Part shown: positions 1 through 10,077 of the stretch, piece by piece
Position numbering within the stretch: position 1 is the stretch's first letter
Layout: every line of letters begins with the position of its first letter
Assembly (NCBI RefSeq): GCF_006345805.1
Contig: NC_042999.1
Span: 161,820,001 to 161,884,000, forward strand
DNA: 64,000 nucleotides
Origin: Octopus sinensis
Lineage: Eukaryota
Reading direction: 5' to 3'
Program-made: the position numbers and the translations under genes
Notes under the pieces: model-generated
Database searches by the model: none
What the model was told of the DNA's origin: nothing
What the model saw: the letters and a program-made list of their open reading frames with translations, nothing else

Positions 1-2960
1 AGATGTGGTGGGTGAGAAATGTGTGCAAATGGATAATGGTATGCTTGTGCTTAGTGACCATGAGAAGAAAGATGCATGGAGATGCTATTATGTAAGGTTG
101 TTAAATGTGGAGAATGATTGAGAGGAGAGTCTTTCAAATATTGAACCAATTGAGGGACCAGCCATCAGAGTGGATAGCAGCATAATAAATAGGGCAATTA
201 GGAAAAGGAAGACTAGGAAAGCCCCTGGACCATCAGGTATCACTGCTGAGATGATGAAAATATCAGGTGGTGTGGGAAACAGCTTAGTCACTCACATAAT
301 TAATCAGGTTATTCAGGAAGGTGTCATCCCCAAAGACTGGTGTAGCAGTATTATAGTAAACTGCTATAAGGGTAAAGGTGATGCCTTAGAAACAACTACA
401 GAGGTATCAAGCTGCTGGATTAGGTCATGAAAATTAGAGAGTTAGATCTCATTTGATTAGGGATATAATTAAACTAGATGAGATGCAGTTTGATTTTGTT
501 CCTGGGAGAAGTACTACAGATGCCATCTTCATGGTGCACCAGTTGCAAGAAAAATATTTGGCCAAAAGTAAGCCATTGTACTTAGCCTTCATTGACCTGG
601 AGAAAGCTTTCAACAGGGTTCCCCGCTCTCTTATTTGGTAGTCTCTAAGGAAACTAGGAGTAGAGAAGTGGCTTGTTAGACCTGTTCAAGCCATGTAGAG
701 TGACCCTGTCAGTAAGGTGAGAGTTGACCTTGAATACAGTGATGAATTTAATGTATAAATTGGAGTACATCAGGGATCAGTTTTTAGTCCACTCTTAGTC
801 ATTATAGTTCTCCAGGCCATAATGGATAAATTCAAAATTGGATGCCCATGGAAACTACTACATGCTGATGATCTTGCCCTTGTTGCAGAATCTGAAGCAG
901 AATTGGAGAAGTTCTGGTTTTGGAAGCAAAACCTGGAATCAAAGGGGCTTGAAGTTAACTTAGCTAAGACCAAAGTTGTTAGCAAGAAAGGAGATAAGTC
1001 TCTCATTCCAGCTGGCAAATGGTCCTGTTCAATATGTAGGAAAGGCGTGGGATGTCATTCCATTTGCTGCACCAAGCGTAAGTTATGGACACATAAGACA
1101 TGCAGTGGAATCATGGGAAGGTTATCAGATAAGGCCACTTTCGTGTGTGACAGATGTGCAGGAACAATAAGTACTAAGAGCACAAGGGACTTAAACTCTC
1201 TCAAATGCCTAGGAGGCTCTCTTGAAGTAGTAGATGGTTTCTTGTGAGGGCGCGTGGCTTAGTGGTTAGGGCATTCAGCTCATGATCGTAAGGTTGTGAG
1301 TTCGATTCCCGGCGATGCGTTGTGTCCTTGAGCAAGACACTTTATTTCACGTTGCTCCAGTCCACTCAGCTGGCAAAAATGAGTTGTACTTGTATTTCAA
1401 AGGGTCAGCCTTGTCACTCTCTGTGTCACGCTGATTATCCCCGAGAACTACGTTATGGGTACACGTGTCTGTGGAATGCTCAGCCATTTGCGCGTTAATT
1501 TCACGAGCAAGCTGTTCCATTGATCGTATCAGCTGGGACCCTCGTCGTCGTAACCGGCGGAGTCTTTTTTTAAGATGGTTTCTGCTTTTTCAGCAACCAA
1601 ATTAGTAATGATGGTGGATGCTTTGAAAGTATTGTTTCTAAAATAAGAATAGAATGGAACAAGTTCAGAGAACTACTTACTCTGTTGGCAGGAAAAGGAT
1701 TCTCTCTCTGAGTGAAAGGTAGATTGTATGATGCTTGCATGAGAATGGCTATGTTACATGGTAGTGAGACATGGGCTCTGACTGCAGAGGACATGTATAG
1801 ACTGGAGAGGAATGAAGGTAGTATGCTCTGTTGGATTTGCAACATCAGTGTGCATGACCAACAAAGTACAACTGTATTGAGAGAAAAGTTAGGCATAAGA
1901 GGGATTAAATGTGGCATGCAGGAAAGGAGAATGCATTGGTTTGGACATGTGATGTGTATAAGTGAAGACAACTGTATACAGAAGTGCTTGTCAATGAAAG
2001 TGGATGGGTACCTGTGAAAGAGGGAGACCCAGAAAGACAGGAGAAGAAGTGGTGATGACCGAGCTTATGATGTTGGGGCACACAGAGGAAATGACAGTGG
2101 ACCGAGATGTTTGGTGATATGAGGTTCTTGAGAAGACCCGTCCATGAAACTGAGTGCTAGAAGAGTTGTGTCCCACCCACATGTAACAACACACTTTTCA
2201 CCTTCTCTACCCTAAGAAACCGAACTACAACTCCTCCTCTTCTGAACTACATCTTTCTCTTCCTCACATTTTCTTTTCATAAACTGCCTGTTTTCCAATT
2301 CCCTTTCTTGCCCTCACTGCCCTGTTCACTGTATTGCTTCTCCCTCAACACCCACACCCTATTTTCTACCCAGGTTCTATACTCAGCACTACACCATATC
2401 TCTTCTGCGCTCTCTTACACATTTGTTGTTTCCTACTCTCTTTCTTCCTCTCTTTCCCTTGGTCACTCTCTCTTCTTCTCTTGTTTTTCTTCTGACTAGA
2501 TAGCCAATTATCTCCTTTACATCAGCACACTTGTTTCTGGCCTCTTTCTTGTACTTCTGTCTCACTCTCAATCTCTTTTCTCTCTCTCTCTCACTGGATA
2601 ACCATGTACCTCCTCTATAGCAAGGCACCTATTTCTGTCTCCTCTATTTCTTTGTCATATTGTAACCATTTATCAACTGATACTGGATCACCTCCTCTAA
2701 TGGAGGTGGCAAGACACCTGCAAGACACCTGCATCTGTCTCTCTGTCTCTTTTTCACACTCTAACCTTTCATCGTTGGGCACAAGTTCCCCTCCTCAAAT
2801 GCCCCTATCACTCACATAATCCTTTGTCTTGCAAGTTACTTGGTGACCCCGCCAGTGCTGGTGTCATGTTAAAAGCATCCAGTCCACACTGTAACATGGT
2901 AGGCGTTTGGAAGGGCATCCAGCTGTTAAAATCATGCCAAAACTAACCTACAGGCTTCTC
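1..2960 (+). mobile_element. Decayed RTE-clade LINE (RT region plus 3' UTR), continues off the left edge, interrupted by a SINE at 1248-1572
   Basis: Frameshifted ORF pieces carry LINE RT motifs: KAPGPSGITAEM, MQFDFVPGRSTTDAIF, AFIDLEKAFNRVPR, LLHADDLAL, NLAKTKV, LEVVDGF, KGRLYDACMRMAMLHGSETW, RMHWFGHV. Then a pyrimidine-rich UTR and the 'ggaagggcatccagctg' tail motif near 2905. Confidence 0.93.
1248..1572 (+). mobile_element. tRNA-derived SINE, type C (CORE-like centre), with 11-bp TSD
   Basis: A box TGGCTTAGTGG and B box GTTCGATTCC; 'gtgtccttgagcaagacactt' CORE-like block; TSD agatggtttct at 1232-1242 and 1573-1583; splits the RTE reading frame. Confidence 0.92.
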
Positions 2961-3876
2961 TGTAGGTCATGCAGACTTCCCCATTGTGTCTTCAAAAGTC
3001 TGAATGATGTAGGGCCCCTGACAGTGTGCAGCAGTAGATGCAGAAAGAAGCACTCCTGCTGATTGGGGTGCACAGTGGACACCCACCCAATGGTCCCACT
3101 TCTGAAGACAGCATCTTCTTCCCAGCCCTTAATGCATGCTCCTTGCTTGTGTCTGTTCCATCTATTGTGTGCCAAGGTTATAGTACACGGGGACCTCTAC
3201 ATACAACAGTGTTCAAGCAAACAGATCACACTGGCATAATTTGAAGAAAGCTGTCAAAGTGGTTTCTGGTGGATTCAGAACTACATTTCGAGCGTTGTCC
3301 TGTGTGAAATATACATACTGGCCATTTTCAAGATGTACAGATAGATTTTAAGAAGGTGTTCCTACATGTAAACAGGGTGTGACCTTTGTGTTCACAGTGC
3401 ATTTGTCTAAAAGCAGAACAATTCTTCATTCAGCACTTGTCAATTGGCTGAAGTGACGTGAAAGGCATCGTCATTCATGGTATATTCATGAATAACCAAA
3501 ATAAGTGGATCTATTGTTTAAGAAAATACTATTTAGTTGTTTGAGGATTGTGCTGGATAAATTGTGAAAATAACTCTAACAGTTCAAATACTAAGAAATA
3601 AACATACTCAATTTGATTTATACTAAATAATATAGGCAAATGAATGGGTTATTTCCCTTGGTTAGGAAAATAAAATATATTAACTATATATAAGGATCCC
3701 TTCCGGGGTCCCTAGCCACCCAATTATAGATTTTTATCAAACTTAAATGAGCTTAGTAACAAACTGGATGTTACTTTAGCATGTTTGCAAAGTTTCATGA
3801 AAATTCATTAATGGGTGTAGACGGTAACTTGACACAAACTGACAACTTGCTTTTCTATGTGTATATGATGTATATA

Positions 3877-5093
3877 CATAGTCTGTAAGGTATTTGAGGA
3901 CATACTTTTTTGGGGTCATTGCTGCATTTTTTGCTAACTCTGTATAATACTTGTTTCAGAAAATAATAATGGCAGACCCTCAGCTTACTCAAGAAATGAA
4001 GAGGCATGTTGTTATTGTGGTTATAAAGGCAGAGCATATCAGTATAGAAATATCTCAATTTTTAAAAGTTGCCAGATCTTTTGTCTACAAAAGTTTGCAA
4101 GGAGCTAGAGACTAAAGATGGAAACGTATCACCAGTATCAAAGTATAAAAAGCATTCTAAACAATCTGAAATCATCAAAATACCTGAATTTACCCAGCAA
4201 GTTCAACAGACTATTAGTTACAATCCCAGAAAGTCCATGAGGTCAATTGCAAAAGATGTCTATGTGTCAGAAGGAACAGTCAGAAATGTTGTCCACGAAG
4301 ACATCAGATATAAGTCTTATATGATAAGAAAAGGTCAATTTGTCCGAAAAAGCAAAAGAAAGTCACTACATCAGATCTAAAAGGCTCTGAAACAAACTGA
4401 AAAATCCAGCAGAAGATTTGATTTGGTTTTTCACAAACAAGAGTAATTTCAACCAAGATCAAAAAGTTAACAGAAGAAATGACATATGGTTGTGTGCAGA
4501 CCCTTCTGAAGTTCCAAGTGTTATGCATACAAAATTTCCTGCAACTGTCATGGTTTTAGGAGTTGTCAGCAATGAAGGACATGTGATGCCTCCTTATTTT
4601 TTTCCACAAGGCCTTAGAGTTAACTCTGCCACTCACATTGAGGTCCTGGAAATAGTTCTTAAGCCCTGGATAGACAGTGTATGGAATGGAAGGCCATATG
4701 TGTTTCAGTAAGACTCTGCACTATCACACATGGCTCTAGTAACAAAAAAGAATTGCTGGCTGGAAATTTTCATGCTCACATAACCCCTAACATTTGGCCT
4801 CCTAATTCCCCAGGTCTCAATCAATTGGACTATTACATGTGGAACGTTGTTGAGAGAGAGGTCAATGAACATGCCCGTAACACCAAAGATTCTTTGAAAG
4901 CTGATTTGAGCATGTAGATGATTTAGGTCTCATATAAAAGCAGTTGTTGAAGGTGATTTTATTGAATAACATTATAGAAAAGAAAGTTTATTTTTATTCT
5001 CATAGCATTTTTTGATAAATAAAGATATTATCTGTTATTATATATGTTTTTTTTATAAACATAAATCTGTCCTCAAATATCTTACACATTCTG
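3877..5093 (+). mobile_element. Full-length Tc1/mariner-superfamily transposon, maT/DD37D type, non-functional
   Basis: Imperfect ~25-bp TIRs (catagtctgtaaggtatttgaggaca / tgtcctcaaatatcttacacattctg) flanked by TA on both sides; internal transposase remnants. Confidence 0.88.
3969..4969 (+). pseudogene. DD37D-type transposase pseudogene
   Basis: Starts MADPQLTQEMKRHVVIV; HTH-like RKSMRSIAKDVYVSEGTV; motifs TVMVLGVVS, YVFQ*DSA, WPPNSPGLNQLDY; ends GDFIE*. Several stops and frameshifts. D-to-D spacing is 37 after correcting one frameshift. Confidence 0.85.
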
Positions 5094-5305
<212 letters not shown>

Positions 5306-5307
5306 GT

Positions 5308-5689
5308 GGAGGCGCAATGGCCCAGTGGTTAGGGCAGTGGACTCGCGGTCGTAGGATCGCGGTTTCGATTCCCAGACCAGGCATTGTGAGTGTTTATTGA
5401 CCGAAAACACCTAAAAGCTCCACGAGGCTCCGGCAGGGGATGGTGGTGATCCCTGCTGTACTCTTTCACCACAACTTTCTCTCACTCTTACTTCCTGTTT
5501 CTGTTGTACCTGTATTTCAAAGGGCCGGCCTTGTCACTCTCTGTGTCACGCTGAATATCCCCGAGAACTACGTTAAGGGTACACGTGTCTGTGGAGTGCT
5601 CAGCCACTTACACGTTAATTTCACGAGCAGGCTGTTCCATTGATCGGATCAACCGGAACCCTCGTCGTCGTAACCGACGGAGTGCTTCT
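5308..5689 (+). mobile_element. tRNA-derived SINE, type D (same 3' module as type C)
   Basis: Head ggaggcgcaatggcccagtggttagggc...gtttcgattcc; the last ~180 bp (tgtatttcaaaggg...gtcgtcgtaaccgacggagt) match the 3' part of the SINE at 1248. Confidence 0.9.
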
Positions 5690-5715
5690 ATCTATCTATA
5701 TATATATATATATTC

Positions 5716-5979
5716 TGTTGTGTCTGGGGAGAGTCATTTTCTTTTTGTGCCTTATTATGTTACACACTCACCGGTAAAATTTCCACTTTTTTCTTATTTT
5801 TATTGTCCTAAAATTTTCGCTGCGTCTTGCAACCTTTTCAATAGAGAGTCAAAACTATTGAAAAGATTGCAAGATGCAACAAAAATTTTAGGAAAATAAA
5901 GATAAGAAAAATGTGGAAATTTTACCGGTGTGTTACATAATATGGCACAAAAAGAAACTGACTCTCCCCAGACACAACA
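5716..5979. repeat. Fold-back inverted repeat element (arms ~125-130 bp, 10-bp spacer)
   Basis: tgttgtgtctggggagagtca...cttttcaatag (5716-5844) is the reverse complement, with mismatches, of ctattgaaaag...tgactctccccagacacaaca (5855-5979). Confidence 0.9.
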
Positions 5980-6035
5980 AAACAAGGTTCAACACACGAA
6001 CTCATATAAAGAATCTAGCAAACCAAATCCCAAAA

Positions 6036-6037
<2 letters not shown>

Positions 6038-6072
<35 letters not shown>

Positions 6073-6127
6073 TATACATATATACATACATACATATATA
6101 TATATATGTGTATATATATACACCTGC

Positions 6128-6169
<42 letters not shown>

Positions 6170-6260
6170 ATATATGTGTATATATATACACCTGCACACC
6201 ATATTTTTTTATTTATATATACATATATGTATACATACATACATACATACATACACAATA
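6038..6260. repeat. Compound (TA)/(TACA) microsatellite
   Basis: Direct reading; contains a duplicated 'tatatatacacctgcaca' unit. Confidence 0.9.
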
Positions 6261-6559
6261 ACAACATTATACACAATTTGTTCTAAGTAATTTGGCTGCT
6301 GCTTCTAGCATGTCTCACTATCGCACAGTGACTCCCTCCTTGAGTTAGGTCAGTATATTTAGCCTGATTTTGCAGGTGGAGTGGCAAGTGAAATGCTAAA
6401 AGTTGTTTATGGTTTTCTCTTTTGGCTGCATTGTTGATTTTATACAACCTTTAGATCAAAGTTGGCACCATTAACTTGAAAATGAATAAACAGTTTCCTA
6501 TGAATGATTTATAGACTACGCATGTCACAATATATCTTTTATCTTTTCTTTTATCTTTT

Positions 6560-6735
6560 AATTGTTTCCGTTATTTGACTGCACTCATACTGGAGCACAG
6601 CCTCGAAGGGCTTTTGTTGAACAAATCAACCCCAGGACTTATCTTTTTAAGCGTAGTACTTGTTTTATCAGTCTCTTTTCATGAACCATTAAGTTACAGG
6701 GACATAACCACACCAACACCAGTTGACCACAAAGA
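6560..6735 (-). mobile_element. Old partial type-A SINE (3' part)
   Basis: Diverged match to the type-A 3' region (tttgactgc..ctggagcac..caaatcaaccccaggacttat). Confidence 0.7.
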
Positions 6736-6762
6736 CACATATACATAGATATATACATATAT

Positions 6763-6822
<60 letters not shown>

Positions 6823-6877
6823 TATATACATACATATATGTACATACCTACATCTATACCTATATATATAAGCACAT

Positions 6878-7637
6878 GTGGGCACAGGACATCATGAAAC
6901 ATGTACAACAAAAAATATGAAGCACGAGTACATGGAACATGAACTATTCTTTCGAACAACGAAAGGCACAAATGGAAAACAAAACAAACAATATAAAGAA
7001 AGACCCTTCATCAGTTGTTGGCTGCTTTTCTAGTCTTGTATTTTGAGCATTTAACAACAATATATGCTTTTGATAAAACAGTTGCTCCTGCAAAGCACAT
7101 TAAATAAATTTTAGGATTTTTGCGGAGAGTCAAAATAGGTAACATAAACAGGACAATGTAAGCAAACGAGAAGGGCTGCTAAGCCTAAACGAGGTTGTGG
7201 TGGTGAATGCGTAAATCAAGCGTGAACAGGAGACAAACATGAATATGTCTTCCTTGTTCCAGCTACAATGGAGAGAAAGAAAGAAACACAAGTTAGGAGA
7301 AGAAAGATGGCCGATGGTCATGTGGGAGCCACGTGAGCAAGGGAGGAGGTGTGAAGGAGAGAGAGTGACAGAATAATAGGAAAGAATAGTGGGTGAAGAG
7401 GAGGTAAAAGAATAAGAGAGAGAAAGAGAGAAAAACAAAAGAGTAAAAAGATTGTATAGAGTGTGCATCAAAATACGAGACTAGAAAAACAGCCAACAAC
7501 TGATGAAGGGTCGTTCTTTATGTTGATTGTTTTGTTTTCCCTTTGTGTCTTTCGTTGTTCGAAAGAATAGTTCATGTTCCATGTACTTGTGTTTTGTATT
7601 TTTTTGTTGTACACGTTTCATGACGTCCTGTGCCCAC
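6878..7637. mobile_element. Penelope-like fragment with inverted ~170-bp terminal repeats
   Basis: 6878-7048 is an inverted copy of 7465-7637. The minus strand just inside the left arm reads LQEQLFYQKHILLLNAQ, resembling the E..I....LN end of Penelope GIY-YIG endonucleases. Confidence 0.6.
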
Positions 7638-7822
7638 TTCCTGTCCCGGTCCTTCACCTGTTTCCAGGCAAAGTAATATTTCCCTTTAGGCCAGACATGT
7701 TTTTGCAGAATATTGGGAATGAATGAGACTGCTTATCTGACAGTAACATTCATTCACAACTACCACATGTTGTCAAAACAAGGAGGCACACACACACACA
7801 CACACACAACGCACACACACAC

Positions 7823-7863
<41 letters not shown>

Positions 7864-8699
7864 ACTTCCTTTGCCACCCATCCAACACACCCAACATGAC
7901 ACTTCCTTACTATTATCTGTTCACTGAATGCCCTTTTGCTTGAACACTACCTTCTCAGTATGCCCCACAACCACTATTCCTGATCTGCATCTCTTTCACT
8001 ATGCATCTTCTCTCTCCTTGACACTTCACTCTCCTATTTCTCATCTATTTATAGCTTTACTTTACTGTTGCTCTCCATCACTACTCCTTTTTTTTATGTA
8101 TGTGTTACCACCAATCACCTTCTCCACGACTCCTTCCTATTTTCCTTACACTCCCCCAAACTGAGACTCAGCATTGCTCACGCCTCCATTCATGTTCACC
8201 ATTCACCGTTTTCACTTGTCCTCATTCTCCTTTCACACTTTCATGAACCTTACTCACAAACCTACCTATCCATCCAGCCATCCTTAATTCTGTGTTCCTA
8301 TTCTCTCTATCCATGTTTCTGTATATCCTGACACCTCATCTCCACTATCCTTACTCTTTCCTGTGGGGATACCCACATATCTCCTCCACAGCAAGACATC
8401 TGTTCTTGTACCTCTTTCCTACTTTAGCCACTCTACACTTTTAGCACAAAACTACCTCCCTTAATACTGAATCCCCACTCTGTCAAGGGATCTTGCAAAA
8501 TTCACTGATGTCACAAAGCAAAGCACCCAGTACACTCCTTAAAGTGGTTGGTAAAGCTTCTGTTATTGATTTAAGTTATTGGGTATTGTTTCATGAGTAA
8601 TACACATTTAAGTTCTTAAAGCCCTTTCGTCTGGATTTTAGAATTGGCTGTAACTGTGCAGATTCATCTTGCCTGGTTGTCTTTATTTTTGTGAGTCTC

Positions 8700-9109
8700 T
8701 CTTTACTCTCTCTTTTACTCTTTTACTTGTTTCAGTCATTTGACTGTGGCCATGCTGGAGCACCGCCTTTAGTCGAGCAAATCGACCCCGGGACTTATTC
8801 TTTGTAAGCCCAGTACTTATTCTATCGGTCTCTTTTGCCGAACCGCTAAGTGACGGGGACGTAAACACACCAGCATCGGTTGTCAAGCAATGCTAGGGGG
8901 ACAAACACAGACACACAAACACACACACACATACATACATATATACGACAGGCTTCTTTCAGTTTCCGTCTACCAAATCCACTCACAAGGCATTGGTCGG
9001 CCTGGGGCTATAGCAGAAGACACTTGCCCAAGATGCCACGCAGTGGGACTGAACCCGGAACCATGTGGTTGGTTAGCAAGCTACTTACCACACAGCCACT
9101 CCTGCACCT
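8700..9109 (-). mobile_element. tRNA-derived SINE, type A (~410 bp)
   Basis: Sense strand: aggtgcaggagtggctgtgtggtaag...gggttcagtccc (B-box-like), ttgggcaagtgtctt, internal (TA)(TG) tract, tail gactgaaacaagtaaaagagt. Confidence 0.93.
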
Positions 9110-9197
9110 ATTTGTCTGTTGATTTGTGATTAAAATGTTCAACAAGTTTAATTGTTTTTTACTATATTTCATTGTAAATTGGATTCTGTTGTTTCAA

Positions 9198-9410
9198 CAT
9201 CATCATCATCATCATCATCATCATCATTTAGCGTCCGTTTTCCATGCTAGCATGGGTTGGACGGTTCTACTGGGGTCTGTGAAGCCAGAAGGCTTCATCA
9301 GGCCCAGTCAAATCTGGCAGTGTTTCTACGGCTGGATGCCCTTCCTAACGCCAACCACTCCGTGAGTGTAGTGGGTGCTTTTTACGTGCCACCTGCACTG
9401 GTGCCAGACA
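9198..9410 (-). mobile_element. 5'-truncated RTE 3' tail
   Basis: (cat)n-ttagcgtccgttttccatgctagcatgggttggacgg..., the same tail that ends the RT-bearing copy at 42388. Confidence 0.85.
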
Positions 9411-10077
9411 TCATTAAATATCCATTTTCCATGCTGGTATAGGTTGGACGGTTTGACAGAGGTTGGCTAAGCAGAAGACTGCACCAGGTTTCACAATCTG
9501 TTTTGGCAGGGTTTTTACAGCTGGATGCCCTTCTTAACACCAACCTATTTCTTTATTACCCACAAGGGGCTAAACATAGAGGAGACAAACATGGACAGAC
9601 ATAGGTATTAAGTCGATTATATCGACCCCAGTGCTTAACTGGTACTTAATTTATCGACCCCAAAAGGATGAAAGGCAAAGTCGACCTTGGCGGAATTTGA
9701 ACTCACAACGTAACGGCAGCCGAAATACCGCTAAGCATTTCGCCCGACGTGCTAACGATTCTGCCAGCTCGCCGCCTTCTTAACATCAACCACCTTACAG
9801 AGTGGATTGAGTGCTATTTACATGGCACCAGCACCAGCCAGGTCTGTTTTAATATGGTTTTTACAGTTGGATGCCCTTCCAAACACAACCACTTTACAGT
9901 ATGGACTGGATGCACCAGCACTGATGAGGTCACTGACTAATTTGCAAGACAAAGATCCTCTGAGAGAGGGGGAGGCATTGGAGGAGGTGGCCTTGTTCCA
10001 GGAGATGAAAGGTTAGAGTGTGACAGAAGGACAGGAATAGTTATCTTGCTGTCGAGGAGATACATGGTTGCCCAGTC
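9411..10077 (-). mobile_element. Older RTE-type 3' UTR fragment, interrupted by a type-B SINE
   Basis: Matches the UTR at about 2600-2960 (ccatgtatctcctc..., tctttgtcttgcaa..., ggaagggcatcca). Confidence 0.65.
9546..9776 (-). mobile_element. tRNA-like SINE, type B, with 15-bp TSD
   Basis: Sense head ggcggcgagctggcagaa...gagttcaaattcc; TSD ttcttaacaccaacc (9531-9545) / ttcttaacatcaacc (9777-9791). Confidence 0.92.

Noticed and set aside
1248-1320. tRNA genes (also 5308-5380 and other SINE heads)
   Set aside because: They have A/B boxes but no complete cloverleaf or acceptor stem, and they continue into SINE bodies, with a TSD at the 1248 copy.
7495-7580. Hammerhead in the inverted-repeat arm (CTGATGAAGGG)
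   Set aside because: No GAAA-stem III-NUH arrangement could be folded downstream.
8880-9129. Recurrent ORFs MSSNARGTNTDT... / MLGGQTQTH... (about 10 copies)
   Set aside because: Antisense frames of the type-A SINE; their recurrence reflects the repeat, not a gene family.
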